In this document: positions 41,419 to 57,000 of the stretch, piece by piece
How positions within the stretch are numbered: the first letter of the stretch is position 1
How the letters are laid out: each line of letters starts with the position of its first letter
Source of the DNA: Auanema rhodensis
Taxonomy: Eukaryota > Animalia > Nematoda
Length of the DNA: 64,000 nucleotides
Direction: 5' to 3'
Assembly (NCBI GenBank): GCA_964057225.1
Contig: OZ059898.1
Location: forward strand, 2,480,001 to 2,544,000
Made by a program: the position numbers and the translations under genes
Notes under the pieces: generated by a model
The model's database searches: none
What the model was told of the DNA's origin: nothing
Seen by the model: only the letters and a program-made list of their open reading frames with translations

Positions 41419-44400
41419 AAACATCTACTTTTTGCTAAATTATTTTGAAATTTTTCGAAAAAATTTTTGTCAAAATGTTTTTGGAAGCAATGTTGAGTGT
41501 ACATGGAAACTCAACATACACTAATGCATCATTTTTCAAACGATCATAACTAATTTTTGTATCAAGCGTTTCTTAATGTAGTAAAGTGCATTCGATCCGG
41601 ATTTTTAAGATGCGTCGATCTGTGTTATCAGATTTGCGCTAGCTTAAAAATGCACCGAGATATCAACTGATATAAGTTCACACTTATATCCTCGATTTTC
41701 ACCCTGAAGAAATAATTTCTTCGTTGAATAACATTGTCCATCGTCTTTGCCTTGAAAAAAGGAATCTAAAAACATCTACTTTTTGCTAAATTATTTTGAA
41801 ATTTTTCGAAAAAATTTTTGTCAAAATGTTTTTGGAAGCAATGTTGAGTGTACATGGAAACTCAACATACACTAATGCATCATTTTTCAAACGATCATAA
41901 CTAATTTTTGTATTAAGCGTTTCTCAATGTAGTATAGTGCATTCGATGCGGATTTTTAAGCTGCGTCGATCTGTGTTATCAGATTTGCGCTAGCTTAAAA
42001 ATGCACCGAGATATCAACTGATATAAGTTCACACTTATATCCTCGATTTTCACCCTGAAGAAATAATTTTTTTGTTGAATAACATTGTCCATCGTCTTTG
42101 CCTTGAAAAATGGAATCTAAAAACATCTACTTTTTGCTAAATTATTTTGAAATTTTTCGAAAAAATTTTTGTCAAAATGTTTTTGGAAGCAATGTTGAGT
42201 GTACATGGAAACTCAACATACACTAATGCATCATTTTTCAAACGATCATAACTAATTTTTGTATCAAGCGTTTCTTAATGTAGTAAAGTGCATTCGATCC
42301 GGATTTTTAAGATGCGTCGATCTGTGTTATCAGATTTGCGCTAGCTTAAAAATGCACCGAGATATCAACTGATATAAGTTCACACTTATATCCTCGATTT
42401 TCACCCTGAAGAAATAATTTCTTCGTTGAATAACATTGTCCATCGTCTTTGCCTTGAAAAAAGGAATCTAAAAACATCTACTTTTTGCTAAATTATTTTG
42501 AAATTTTTCGAAAAAATTTTTGTCAAAATGTTTTTGGAAGCAATGTTGAGTGTACATGGAAACTCAACATACACTAATGCATCATTTTTCAAACGATCAT
42601 AACTAATTTTTGTATTAAGCGTTTCTCAATGTAGTATAGTGCATTCGATGCGGATTTTTAAGCTGCGTCGATCTGTGTTATCAGATTTGCGCTAGCTTAA
42701 AAATGCACCGAGATATCAACTGATATAAGTTCACACTTATATCCTCGATTTTCACCCTGAAGAAATAATTTCTTCGTTGAATAACATTGTCCATCGTCTT
42801 TGCCTTGAAAAAAGGAATCTAAAAACATCTACTTTTTGCTAAATTATTTTGAAATTTTTCGAAAAAATTTTTGTCAAAATGTTTTTGGAAGCAATGTTGA
42901 GTGTACATGGAAACTCAACATACACTAATGCATCATTTTTCAAACGATCATAACTAATTTTTGTATCAAGCGTTTCTTAATGTAGTAAAGTGCATTCGAT
43001 CCGGATTTTTAAGATGCGTCGATCTGTGTTATCAGATTTGCGCTAGCTTAAAAATGCACCGAGATATCAACTGATATAAGTTCACACTTATATCCTCGAT
43101 TTTCACCCTGAAGAAATAATTTCTTCGTTGAATAACATTGTCCATCGTCTTTGCCTTGAAAAAAGGAATCTAAAAACATCTACTTTTTGCTAAATTATTT
43201 CGAAATTTTTCGAAAAAATTTTTGTCAAAATGTTTTTGGAAGCAATGTTGAGTGTACATGGAAACTCAACATACACTAATGCATCATTTTTCAAACGATC
43301 ATAACTAATTTTTGTATTAAGCGTTTCTCAATGTAGTATAGTGCATTCGATGCGGATTTTTAAGCTGCTGTTGGATCTGTGTTATCAGATTTGCGCTAGC
43401 TTAAAAATGCACCGAGATATCAACTGATATAAGTTCACACTTATATCCTCGATTTTCACCCTGAAGAATTAATTTTTTCGTTGAATAACATTGTCCATCG
43501 TCTTTGCCTTGAAAAATGGAATCTTAAAACATCTACTTTTTGCTAAATTATTTTGAAATTTTTCGAAAAAATTTTTGTCAAAATGTTTTTGGAAGCAATG
43601 TTGAGTGTACATGGAAACTCAACATACACTAATGCATCATTTTTCAAACGATCATAACTAATTTTTGTATCAAGTGTTTCTCAATGTAATATAGTGCATT
43701 CAATGCGGATTTTTAAGCTGCGTCGATCTGTGTTATCAGATTTGCGCTAGCTTAAAAATGCACCGAGATATCAACTGATATAAGTTCACACTTATATCCT
43801 CGATTTTCACCCTGAAGAAATGATTTCTTCGTTGAATAACATTGTCCATCGTCTTTGCCTTGAAAAGAGGAATCTAAAAACATCTACTTTTTGCTAAATT
43901 ATTTTGAAATTTTTCGAAAAAATTTTTGTCAAAATGTTTTTGGAAGCAATGTTGAGTGTACATGGAAACTCAACATACACTAATGCATCATTTTTCAAAC
44001 GATCATAACTAATTTTTGTATTAAGCGTTTCTCAATGTAGTATAGTGCATTCGATGCGGATTTTTAAGCTGCGTCGATCTGTGTTATCAGATTTGCGCTA
44101 GCTTAAAAATGCACCGAGATATCAACTGATATAAGTTCACACTTATATCCTCGATTTTCAAACTGAAGAATTAATTTTTTCGTTGAATAACATTGTCCAT
44201 CGTCTTTGCCTTGAAAAATGGAATCTTAAAACATCTACTTTTTGCTAAATTATTTTGAAATTTTTCGAAAAAATTTTTGTCAAAATGTTTTTGGAAGCAA
44301 TGTTGAGTGTACATGGAAACTCAACATACACTAATGCATCATTTTTCAAACGATCATAACTAATTTTTGTATCAAGTGTCTCTCAATGTAATATAGTGCA

Positions 44401-47400
44401 TTCAATGCGGATTTTTAAGCTGCGTCGATCTGTGTTATCAGATTTGCGCTAGCTTAAAAATGCACCGAGATATCAACTGATATAAGTTCACACTTATATC
44501 CTCGATTTTCACCCTGAAAAATTAATTTTTTCGTTGAATAACATTGTCCATCGTCTTTGCCTTGAAAAATGGAATCTAAAAACATCTACTTTTTGCTAAA
44601 TTATTTTGAAATTTTTCGAAAAAATTTTTGTCAAAATGTTTTTGGAAGCAATGTTGAGTGTACATGGAAACTCAACATACACTAATGCATCATTTTTCAA
44701 ACGATCATAACTAATTTTTGTATCAAGCGTTTCTTAATGTAGTAAAGTGCATTCGATCCGGATTTTTAAGATGCGTCGATCTGTGTTATCAGATTTGCGC
44801 TAGCTTAAAAATGCACCGAGATATCAACTGATATAAGTTCACACTTATATCCTCGATTTTCACCCTGAAGAAATAATTTCTTCGTTGAATAACATTGTCC
44901 ATCGTCTTTGCCTTGAAAAAAGGAATCTAAAAACATCTACTTTTTGCTAAATTATTTTGAAATTTTTCGAAAAAATTTTTGTCAAAATGTTTTTGGAAGC
45001 AATGTTGAGTGTACATGGAAACTCAACATACACTAATGCATCATTTTTCAAACGATCATAACTAATTTTTGTATTAAGCGTTTCTCAATGTAGTATAGTG
45101 CATTCGATGCGGATTTTTAAGCTGCGTCGATCTGTGTTATCAGATTTGCGCTAGCTTAAAAATGCACCGAGATATCAACTGATATAAGTTCACACTTATA
45201 TCCTCGATTTTCACCCTGAAAAATTAATTTTTTCGTTGAATAACATTGTCCATCGTCTTTGCCTTGAAAAATGGAATCTAAAAACATCTACTTTTTGCTA
45301 AATTATTTTGAAATTTTTCGAAAAAATTTTTGTCAAAATGTTTTTGGAAGCAATGTTGAGTGTACATGGAAACTCAACATACACTAATGCATCATTTTTC
45401 AAACGATCATAACTAATTTTTGTATCAAGCGTTTCTTAATGTAGTATAGTGCATTCGATCCGGATTTTTAAGATGCGTCGATCTGTGTTATCAGATTAGC
45501 GCTAGCTTAAAAATGCACCGAGATATCAACTGATATAAGTTCACACTTATATCCTCGATTTTCACCCTGAAGAAATAATTTTTTCGTTGAATAACATTGT
45601 CCATCGTCTTTGCCTTGAAAAAAGGAATCTAAAAACATCTACTTTTTGCTAAATTATTTTGAAATTTTTCGAAAAAATTTTTGTCAAAATGTTTTTGGAA
45701 GCAATGTTGAGTGTACATGGAAACTCAACATACACTAATGCATCATTTTTCAAACGATCATAACTAATTTTTGTATCAAGTGTTTCTCAATGTAATATAG
45801 TGCATTCGATGCGGATTTTTAAGCTGCGTCGATCTGTGTTATCAGATTTGCGCTAGCTTAAAAATGCACCGAGATATCAACTGATATAAGTTCACACTTA
45901 TATCCTCGATTTTCACTCTGAAAAATTAATTTTTTCGTTGAATAACATTGTCCATCGTCTTTGCCTTGAAAAATGGAATCTAAAAACATCTACTTTTTGC
46001 TAAATTATTTTGAAATTTTTCGAAAAAATTTTTGTCAAAATGTTTTTGGAAGCAATGTTGAGTGTACATGGAAACTCAACATACACTAATGCATCATTTT
46101 TCAAACGATCATAACTAATTTTTGTATCAAGCGTTTTTCAATGTAGTATAGTGCATTCGATGCGGATTTTTAAGCTGCGTCGAGCTGTGTTATCAGATTT
46201 GCGCTAGCTTAAAAATGCACCGAGATATCAACTGATATAAGTTCACACTTATATCCTCGAGTTTCACCCTGAGGAAGTAATTTTTTTGTTGAATAACATT
46301 GTCCATCGTCTTTGCCTTGAAAAATGGAATCTAAAAACATCTACTTTTTGCTAAATTATTTTGAAATTTTTCGAAAAAATTTTTGTCAAAATGTTTTTGG
46401 AAGCAATGTTGAGTGTACATGGAAACTCAACATACACTAATGCATCATTTTTCAAACGATCATAACTAATTTTTGTATCAAGCGTTTTTCAATGTAGTAT
46501 AGTGCATTCGATGCGGATTTTTAAGCTGCGTCGAGCTGTGTTATCAGATTTGCGCTAGCTTAAAAATGCACCGAGATATCAACTGATATAAGTTCACACT
46601 TATATCCTCGATTTTCACCCTGAAGAAATAATTTTTTTGTTGAATAACATTGTCCATCGTCTTTGCCTTGAAAAATGGAATCTAAAAACATCTACTTTTT
46701 GCTAAATTATTTTGAAATTTTTCGAAAAAATTTTTGTCAAAATGTTTTTGGAAGCAATGTTGAGTGTACATGGAAACTCAACATACACTAATGCATCATT
46801 TTTCAAACGATCATAACTAATTTTTGTATCAAGCGTTTCTTAATGTAGTATAGTGCATTCGATCCGGATTTTTAAGATGCGTCGATCTGTGTTATCAGAT
46901 TTGCGCTAGCTTAAAAATGCACCGAGATATCAACTGATATAAGTTCACACTTATATCCTCGATTTTCACCCTGAAGAAATAATTTTTTTGTTGAATAACA
47001 TTGTCCATCGTCTTTGCCTTGAAAAATGGAATCTAAAAACATCTACTTTTTGCTAAATTATTTTGAAATTTTTCGAAAAAATTTTTGTCAAAATGTTTTT
47101 GGAAGCAATGTTGAGTGTACATGGAAACTCAACATACACTAATGCATCATTTTTCAAACGATCATAACTAATTTTTGTATCAAGCGTTTCTTAATGTAGT
47201 AAAGTGCATTCGATCCGGATTTTTAAGATGCGTCGATCTGTGTTATCAGATTTGCGCTAGCTTAAAAATGCACCGAGATATCAACTGATATAAGTTCACA
47301 CTTATATCCTCGATTTTCACCCTGAAGAAATAATTTCTTCGTTGAATAACATTGTCCATCGTCTTTGCCTTGAAAAAAGGAATCTAAAAACATCTACTTT

Positions 47401-50400
47401 TTGCTAAATTATTTTGAAATTTTTCGAAAAAATTTTTGTCAAAATGTTTTTGGAAGCAATGTTGAGTGTACATGGAAACTCAACATACACTAATGCATCA
47501 TTTTTCAAACGATCATAACTAATTTTTGTATTAAGCGTTTCTCAATGTAGTATAGTGCATTCGATGCGGATTTTTAAGCTGCGTCGATCTGTGTTATCAG
47601 ATTTGCGCTAGCTTAAAAATGCACCGAGATATCAACTGATATAAGTTCACACTTATATCCTCGATTTTCACCCTGAAGAATTAATTTTTTCGTTGAATAA
47701 CATTGTCCATCGTCTTTGCCTTGAAAAATGGAATCTTAAAACATCTACTTTTTGCTAAATTATTTTGAAATTTTTCGAAAAAATTTTTGTCAAAATGTTT
47801 TTGGAAGCAATGTTGAGTGTACATGGAAACTCAACATACACTAATGCATCATTTTTCAAACGATCATAACTAATTTTTGTATCAAGTGTTTCTCAATGTA
47901 ATATAGTGCATTCAATGCGGATTTTTAAGCTGCGTCGATCTGTGTTATCAGATTTGCGCTAGCTTAAAAATGCACCGAGATATCAACTGATATAAGTTCA
48001 CACTTATATCCTCGATTTTCACCCTGAAGAAATAATTTCTTCGTTGAATAACATTGTCCATCGTCTTTGCCTTGAAAAAAGGAATCTAAAAACATCTACT
48101 TTTTGCTAAATTATTTTGAAATTTTTCGAAAACATTTTTGTCAAAATGTTTTTGGAAGCAATGTTGAGTGTACATGGAAACTCAACATACACTAATGCAT
48201 CATTTTTCAAACGATCATAACTAATTTTTGTATCAAGTGTTTCTCAATGTAATATAGTGCATTCAATGCGGATTTTTAAGCTGCGTCGATCTGTGTTATC
48301 AGATTTGCGCTAGCTTAAAAATGCACCGAGATATCAACTGATATAAGTTCACACTTATATCCTCGATTTTCACCCTGAAGAAATAATTTTTTTGTTGAAT
48401 AACATTGTCCATCGTCTTTGCCTTGAAAAATGGAATCTAAAAACATCTACTTTTTGCTAAATTATTTTGAAATTTTTCGAAAAAATTTTTGTCAAAATGT
48501 TTTTGGAAGCAATGTTGAGTGTACATGGAAACTCAACATACACTAATGCATCATTTTTCAAACGATCATAACTAATTTTTGTATCAAGCGTTTCTTAATG
48601 TAGTAAAGTGCATTCGATCCGGATTTTTAAGATGCGTCGATCTGTGTTATCAGATTTGCGCTAGCTTAAAAATGCACCGAGATATCAACTGATATAAGTT
48701 CACACTTATATCCTCGATTTTCACCCTGAAGAAATAATTTCTTCGTTGAATAACATTGTCCATCGTCTTTGCCTTGAAAAAAGGAATCTAAAAACATCTA
48801 CTTTTTGCTAAATTATTTTGAAATTTTTCGAAAAAATTTTTGTCAAAATGTTTTTGGAAGCAATGTTGAGTGTACATGGAAACTCAACATACACTAATGC
48901 ATCATTTTTCAAACGATCATAACTAATTTTTGTATTAAGCGTTTCTCAATGTAGTATAGTGCATTCGATGCGGATTTTTAAGCTGCGTCGATCTGTGTTA
49001 TCAGATTTGCGCTAGCTTAAAAATGCACCGAGATATCAACTGATATAAGTTCACACTTATATCCTCGATTTTCACCCTGAAGAATTAATTTTTTCGTTGA
49101 ATAACATTGTCCATCGTCTTTGCCTTGAAAAATGGAATCTTAAAACATCTACTTTTTGCTAAATTATTTTGAAATTTTTCGAAAAAATTTTTGTCAAAAT
49201 GTTTTTGGAAGCAATGTTGAGTGTACATGGAAACTCAACATACACTAATGCATCATTTTTCAAACGATCATAACTAATTTTTGTATCAAGTGTTTCTCAA
49301 TGTAATATAGTGCATTCAATGCGGATTTTTAAGCTGCGTCGATCTGTGTTATCAGATTTGCGCTAGCTTAAAAATGCACCGAGATATCAACTGATATAAG
49401 TTCACACTTATATCCTCGATTTTCACCCTGAAGAAATAATTTCTTCGTTGAATAACATTGTCCATCGTCTTTGCCTTGAAAAAAGGAATCTAAAAACATC
49501 TACTTTTTGCTAAATTATTTTGAAATTTTTCGAAAAAATTTTTGTCAAAATGTTTTTGGAAGCAATGTTGAGTGTACATGGAAACTCAACATACACTAAT
49601 GCATCATTTTTCAAACGATCATAACTAATTTTTGTATTAAGCGTTTCTCAATGTAGTATAGTGCATTCGATCCGGATTTTTAAGATGCGTCGATCTGTGT
49701 TATCAGATTTGCGCTAGCTTAAAAATGCACCGAGATATCAACTGATATAAGTTCACACTTATATCCTCGATTTTCACCCTGAAGAATTAATTTTTTCGTT
49801 GAATAACATTGTCCATCGTCTTTGCCTTGAAAAATGGAATCTTAAAACATCTACTTTTTGCTAAATTATTTTGAAATTTTTCGAAAAAATTTTTGTCAAA
49901 ATGTTTTTGGAAGCAATGTTGAGTGTACATGGAAACTCAACATACACTAATGCATCATTTTTCAAACGATCATAACTAATTTTTGTATCAAGTGTTTCTC
50001 AATGTAATATAGTGCATTCGATGCGGATTTTTAAGCTGCGTCGATCTGTGTTATCAGATTTGCGCTAGCTTAAAAATGCACCGAGATATCAACTGATATA
50101 AGTTCACACTTATATCCTCGATTTTCACCCTGAAGAAATAATTTCTTCGTTGAATAACATTGTCCATCGTCTTTGCCTTGAAAAAAGGAATCTAAAAACA
50201 TCTACTTTTTGCTAAATTATTTTGAAATTTTTCGAAAAAATTTTTGTCAAAATGTTTTTGGAAGCAATGTTGAGTGTACATGGAAACTCAACATACACTA
50301 ATGCATCATTTTTCAAACGATCATAACTAATTTTTGTATCAAGTGTTTCTCAATGTAATATAGTGCATTCAATGCGGATTTTTAAGCTGCGTCGATCTGT

Positions 50401-53400
50401 GTTATCAGATTTGCGCTAGCTTAAAAATGCACCGAGATATCAACTGATATAAGTTCACACTTATATCCTCGATTTTCACCCTGAAGAAATAATTTTTTTG
50501 TTGAATAACATTGTCCATCGTCTTTGCCTTGAAAAATGGAATCTAAAAACATCTACTTTTTGCTAAATTATTTTGAAATTTTTCGAAAAAATTTTTGTCA
50601 AAATGTTTTTGGAAGCAATGTTGAGTGTACATGGAAACTCAACATACACTAATGCATCATTTTTCAAACGATCATAACTAATTTTTGTATCAAGCGTTTC
50701 TTAATGTAGTAAAGTGCATTCGATCCGGATTTTTAAGATGCGTCGATCTGTGTTATCAGATTTGCGCTAGCTTAAAAATGCACCGAGATATCAACTGATA
50801 TAAGTTCACACTTATATCCTCGATTTTCACCCTGAAGAAATAATTTCTTCGTTGAATAACATTGTCCATCGTCTTTGCCTTGAAAAAAGGAATCTAAAAA
50901 CATCTACTTTTTGCTAAATTATTTTGAAATTTTTCGAAAAAATTTTTGTCAAAATGTTTTTGGAAGCAATGTTGAGTGTACATGGAAACTCAACATACAC
51001 TAATGCATCATTTTTCAAACGATCATAACTAATTTTTGTATCAAGTGTTTCTCAATGTAATATAGTGCATTCAATGCGGATTTTTAAGCTGCGTCGATCT
51101 GTGTTATCAGATTTGCGCTAGCTTAAAAATGCACCGAGATATCAACTGATATAAGTTCACACTTATATCCTCGATTTTCACCCTGAAGAAATAATTTTTT
51201 TGTTGAATAACATTGTCCATCGTCTTTGCCTTGAAAAATGGAATCTAAAAACATCTACTTTTTGCTAAATTATTTTGAAATTTTTCGAAAAAATTTTTGT
51301 CAAAATGTTTTTGGAAGCAATGTTGAGTGTACATGGAAACTCAACATACACTAATGCATCATTTTTCAAACGATCATAACTAATTTTTGTATCAAGCGTT
51401 TCTTAATGTAGTAAAGTGCATTCGATCCGGATTTTTAAGATGCGTCGATCTGTGTTATCAGATTTGCGCTAGCTTAAAAATGCACCGAGATATCAACTGA
51501 TATAAGTTCACACTTATATCCTCGATTTTCACCCTGAAGAAATAATTTCTTCGTTGAATAACATTGTCCATCGTCTTTGCCTTGAAAAAAGGAATCTAAA
51601 AACATCTACTTTTTGCTAAATTATTTTGAAATTTTTCGAAAAAATTTTTGTCAAAATGTTTTTGGAAGCAATGTTGAGTGTACATGGAAACTCAACATAC
51701 ACTAATGCATCATTTTTCAAACGATCATAACTAATTTTTGTATTGAGCGTTTCTCAATGTAGTATAGTGCATTCGATGCGGATTTTTAAGCTGCGTCGAT
51801 CTGTGTTATCAGATTTGCGCTAGCTTAAAAATGCACCGAGATATCAACTGATATAAGTTCACACTTATATCCTCGATTTTCACCCTGAAGAATTAATTTT
51901 TTCGTTGAATAACATTGTCCATCGTCTTTGCCTTGAAAAATGGAATCTTAAAACATCTACTTTTTGCTAAATTATTTTGAAATTTTTCGAAAAAATTTTT
52001 GTCAAAATGTTTTTGGAAGCAATGTTGAGTGTACATGGAAACTCAACATACACTAATGCATCATTTTTCAAACGATCATAACTAATTTTTGTATCAAGTG
52101 TTTCTCAATGTAATATAGTGCATTCAATGCGGATTTTTAAGCTGCGTCGATCTGTGTTATCAGATTTGCGCTAGCTTAAAAATGCACCGAGATATCAACT
52201 GATATAAGTTCACACTTATATCCTCGATTTTCACCCTGAAGAAATAATTTCTTCGTTGAATAACATTGTCCATCGTCTTTGCCTTGAAAAAAGGAATCTA
52301 AAAACATCTACTTTTTGCTAAATTATTTTGAAATTTTTCGAAAAAATTTTTGTCAAAATGTTTTTGGAAGCAATGTTGAGTGTACATGGAAACTCAACAT
52401 ACACTAATGCATCATTTTTCAAACGATCATAACTAATTTTTGTATTAAGCGTTTCTCAATGTAGTATAGTGCATTCGATCCGGATTTTTAAGATGCGTCG
52501 ATCTGTGTTATCAGATTTGCGCTAGCTTAAAAATGCACCGAGATATCAACTGATATAAGTTCACACTTATATCCTCGATTTTCACCCTGAAGAATTAATT
52601 TTTTCGTTGAATAACATTGTCCATCGTCTTTGCCTTGAAAAATGGAATCTTAAAACATCTACTTTTTGCTAAATTATTTTGAAATTTTTCGAAAAAATTT
52701 TTGTCAAAATGTTTTTGGAAGCAATGTTGAGTGTACATGGAAACTCAACATACACTAATGCATCATTTTTCAAACGATCATAACTAATTTTTGTATCAAG
52801 TTTTTCTCAATGTAATATAGTGCATTCGATGCGGATTTTTAAGCTGCGTCGATCTGTGTTATCAGATTTGCGCTAGCTTAAAAATGCACCGAGATATCAA
52901 CTGATATAAGTTCACACTTATATCCTCGATTTTCACCCTGAAGAAATAATTTTTTTGTTGAATAACATTGTCCATCGTCTTTGCCTTGAAAAATGGAATC
53001 TAAAAACATCTACTTTTTGCTAAATTATTCTGAAATTTTTCGAAAAAATTTTTGTCAAAATGTTTTTGGAAGCAATGTTGAGTGTACATGGAAACTCAAC
53101 ATACACTAATGCATCATTTTTCAAACGATCATAACTAATTTTTGTATCAAGCGTTTCTTAATGTAGTAAAGTGCATTCGATCCGGATTTTTAAGATGCGT
53201 CGATCTGTGTTATCAGATTTGCGCTAGCTTAAAAATGCACCGAGATATCAACTGATATAAGTTCACACTTATATCCTCGATTTTCACCCTGAAGAAATAA
53301 TTTCTTCGTTGAATAACATTGTCCATCGTCTTTGCCTTGAAAAAAGGAATCTAAAAACATCTACTTTTTGCTAAATTATTTTGAAATTTTTCGAAAAAAT

Positions 53401-54056
53401 TTTTGTCAAAATGTTTTTGGAAGCAATGTTGAGTGTACATGGAAACTCAACATACACTAATGCATCATTTTTCAAACGATCATAACTAATTTTTGTATTA
53501 AGCGTTTCTCAATGTAGTATAGTGCATTCGATGCGGATTTTTAAGCTGCGTCGATCTGTGTTATCAGATTTGCGCTAGCTAAAAAATGCACCGAGATATC
53601 AACTGATATAAGTTCACACTTATATCCTCGATTTTCACCCTGAAGAATTAATTTTTTCGTTGAATAACATTGTCCATCGTCTTTGCCTTGAAAAATGGAA
53701 TCTTAAAACATCTACTTTTTGCTAAATTATTTTGAAATTTTTCGAAAAAATTTTTGTCAAAATGTTTTTGGAAGCAATGTTGAGTGTACATGGAAACTCA
53801 ACATACACTAATGCATCATTTTTCAAACGATCATAACTAATTTTTGTATTAAGCGTTTCTCAATGTAGTATAGTGCATTCGATCCGGATTTTTAAGATGC
53901 GTCGATCTGTGTTATCAGATTTGCGCTAGCTTAAAAATGCACCGAGATATCAACTGATATAAGTTCACACTTATATCCTCGATTTTCACCCTGAAGAATT
54001 AATTTTTTCGTTGAATAACATTGTCCATCGTCTTTGCCTTGAAAAATGGAATCTTA

Positions 54057-57000
54057 AAACATCTACTTTTTGCTAAATTATTTTGAAATTTTTCGAAAAA
54101 TTTTTTGTCAAAATGTTTTTGGAAGCAATGTTGAGTGTACATGGAAACTCAACATACACTAATGCATCATTTTTCAAACGATCATAACTAATTTTTGTAT
54201 CAAGTGTTTCTCAATGTAATATAGTGCATTCAATGCGGATTTTTAAGCTGCGTCGATCTGTGTTATCAGATTTGCGCTAGCTTAAAAATGCACCGAGATA
54301 TCAACTGATATAAGTTCACACTTATATCCTCGATTTTCACCCTGAAGAAATAATTTCTTCGTTGAATAACATTGTCCATCGTCTTTGCCTTGAAAAAAGG
54401 AATCTAAAAACATCTACTTTTTGCTAAATTATTTTGAAATTTTTCGAAAAAATTTTTGTCAAAATGTTTTTGGAAGCAATGTTGAGTGTACATGGAAACT
54501 CAATATACACTAATGCATCATTTTTCAAACGATCATAACTAATTTTTGTATTAAGCGTTTCTCAATGTAGTATAGTGCATTCGATGCGGATTTTTAAGCT
54601 GCGTCGATCTGTGTTATCAGATTTGCGCTAGCTTAAAAATGCACCGAGATATCAACTGATATAAGTTCACACTTATATCCTCGATTTTCACCCTGAAGAA
54701 TTAATTTTTTCGTTGAATAACATTGTCCATCGTCTTTGCCTTGAAAAATGGAATCTTAAAACATCTACTTTTTGCTAAATTATTTTGAAATTTTTCGAAA
54801 AAATTTTTGTCAAAATGTTTTTGGAAGCAATGTTGAGTGTACATGGAAACTCAACATACACTAATGCATCATTTTTCAAACGATCATAACTAATTTTTGT
54901 ATCAAGTGTTTCTCAATGTAATATAGTGCATTCAATGCGGATTTTTAAGCTGCGTCGATCTGTGTTATCAGATTTGCGCTAGCTTAAAAATGCACCGAGA
55001 TATCAACTGATATAAGTTCACACTTATATCCTCGATTTTCACCCTGAAAAATTAATTTTTTCGTTGAATAACATTGTCCATCGTCTTTGCCTTGAAAAAT
55101 GGAATCTAAAAACATCTACTTTTTGCTAAATTATTTTGAAATTTTTCGAAAAAATTTTTGTCAAAATGTTTTTGGAAGCAATGTTGAGTGTACATGGAAA
55201 CTCAACATACACTAATGCATCATTTTTCAAACGATCATAACTAATTTTTGTATCAAGCGTTTCTTAATGTAGTATAGTGCATTCGATCCGGATTTTTAAG
55301 ATGCGTCGATCTGTGTTATCAGATTTGCGCTAGCTTAAAAATGCACCGAGATATCAACTGATATAAGTTCACACTTATATCCTCGATTTTCACCCTGAAG
55401 AAATAATTTTTTCGTTGAATAACATTGTCCATCGTCTTTGCCTTGAAAAAAGGAATCTAAAAACATCTACTTTTTGCTAAATTATTTTGAAATTTTTCGA
55501 AAAAACTTTTGTCAAAATGTTTTTGGAAGCAATGTTGAGTGTACATGGAAACTCAACATACACTAATGCATCATTTTTCAAACGATCATAACTAATTTTT
55601 GTATTAAGCGTTTCTCAATGTAGTATAGTGCATTCGATGCGGATTTTTAAGCTGCGTCGATCTGTGTTATCAGATTTGCGCTAGCTTAAAAATGCACCGA
55701 GATATCAACTGATATAAGTTCACACTTATATCCTCGATTTTCACCCTGAAGAATTAATTTTTTCGTTGAATAACATTGTCCATCGTCTTTGCCTTGAAAA
55801 ATGGAATCTTAAAACATCTACTTTTTGCTAAATTATATTGAAATTTTTCGAAAAAATTTTTGTCAAAATGTTTTTGGAAGCAATGTTGAGTGTACATGGA
55901 AACTCAACATACACTAATGCATCATTTTTCAAACGATCATAACTAATTTTTGTATCAAGTGTTTCTCAATGTAATATAGTGCATTCAATGCGGATTTTTA
56001 AGCTGCGTCGATCTGTGTTATCAGATTTGCGCTAGCTTAAAAATGCACCGAGATATCAACTGATATAAGTTCACACTTATATCCTCGATTTTCACCCTGA
56101 AAAATTAATTTTTTCGTTGAATAACATTGTCCATCGTCTTTGCCTTGAAAAATGGAATCTAAAAACATCTACTTTTTGCTAAATTATTTTGAAATTTTTC
56201 GAAAAAATTTTTGTCAAAATGTTTTTGGAAGCAATGTTGAGTGTACATGGAAACTCAACATACACTAATGCATCATTTTTCAAACGATCATAACTAATTT
56301 TTGTATCAAGCGTTTCTTAATGTAGTATAGTGCATTCGATCCGGATTTTTAAGATGCGTCGATCTGTGTTATCAGATTTGCGCTAGCTTAAAAATGCACC
56401 GAGATATCAACTGATATAAGTTCACACTTATATCCTCGATTTTCACCCTGAAGAAATAATTTTTTCGTTGAATAACATTGTCCATCGTCTTTGCCTTGAA
56501 AAAAGGAATCTAAAAACATCTACTTTTTGCTAAATTATTTTGAAATTTTTCGAAAAAATTTTTGTCAAAATGTTTTTGGAAGCAATGTTGAGTGTACATG
56601 GAAACTCAACATACACTAATGCATCATTTTTCAAACGATCATAACTAATTTTTGTATCAAGCGTTTCTTAATGTAGTATAGTGCATTCGATCCGGATTTT
56701 TAAGATGCGTCGATCTGTGTTATCAGATTTGCGCTAGCTTAAAAATGCACCGAGATATCAACTGATATAAGTTCACACTTATATCCTCGATTTTCACCCT
56801 GAAGAATTAATTTTTTCGTTGAATAACATTGTCTATCGTCTTTGCCTTAAAAAATGGAATCTAAAAACATCTACTTTTAGCTAAATTATTTTGAAATTTT
56901 TCGAAAAAATTTTTGTCAAAATGTTTTTGGAAGCAATGTTGAGTGTACATGGAAACTCAACATACACTAATGCATCATTTTTCAAACGATCATAACTAAT

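Noticed and set aside
41719-41735. CENP-B-box-like CTTCGTTGAATAACA
   Set aside because: Matches the TTCG and A positions but lacks the essential CGGG.
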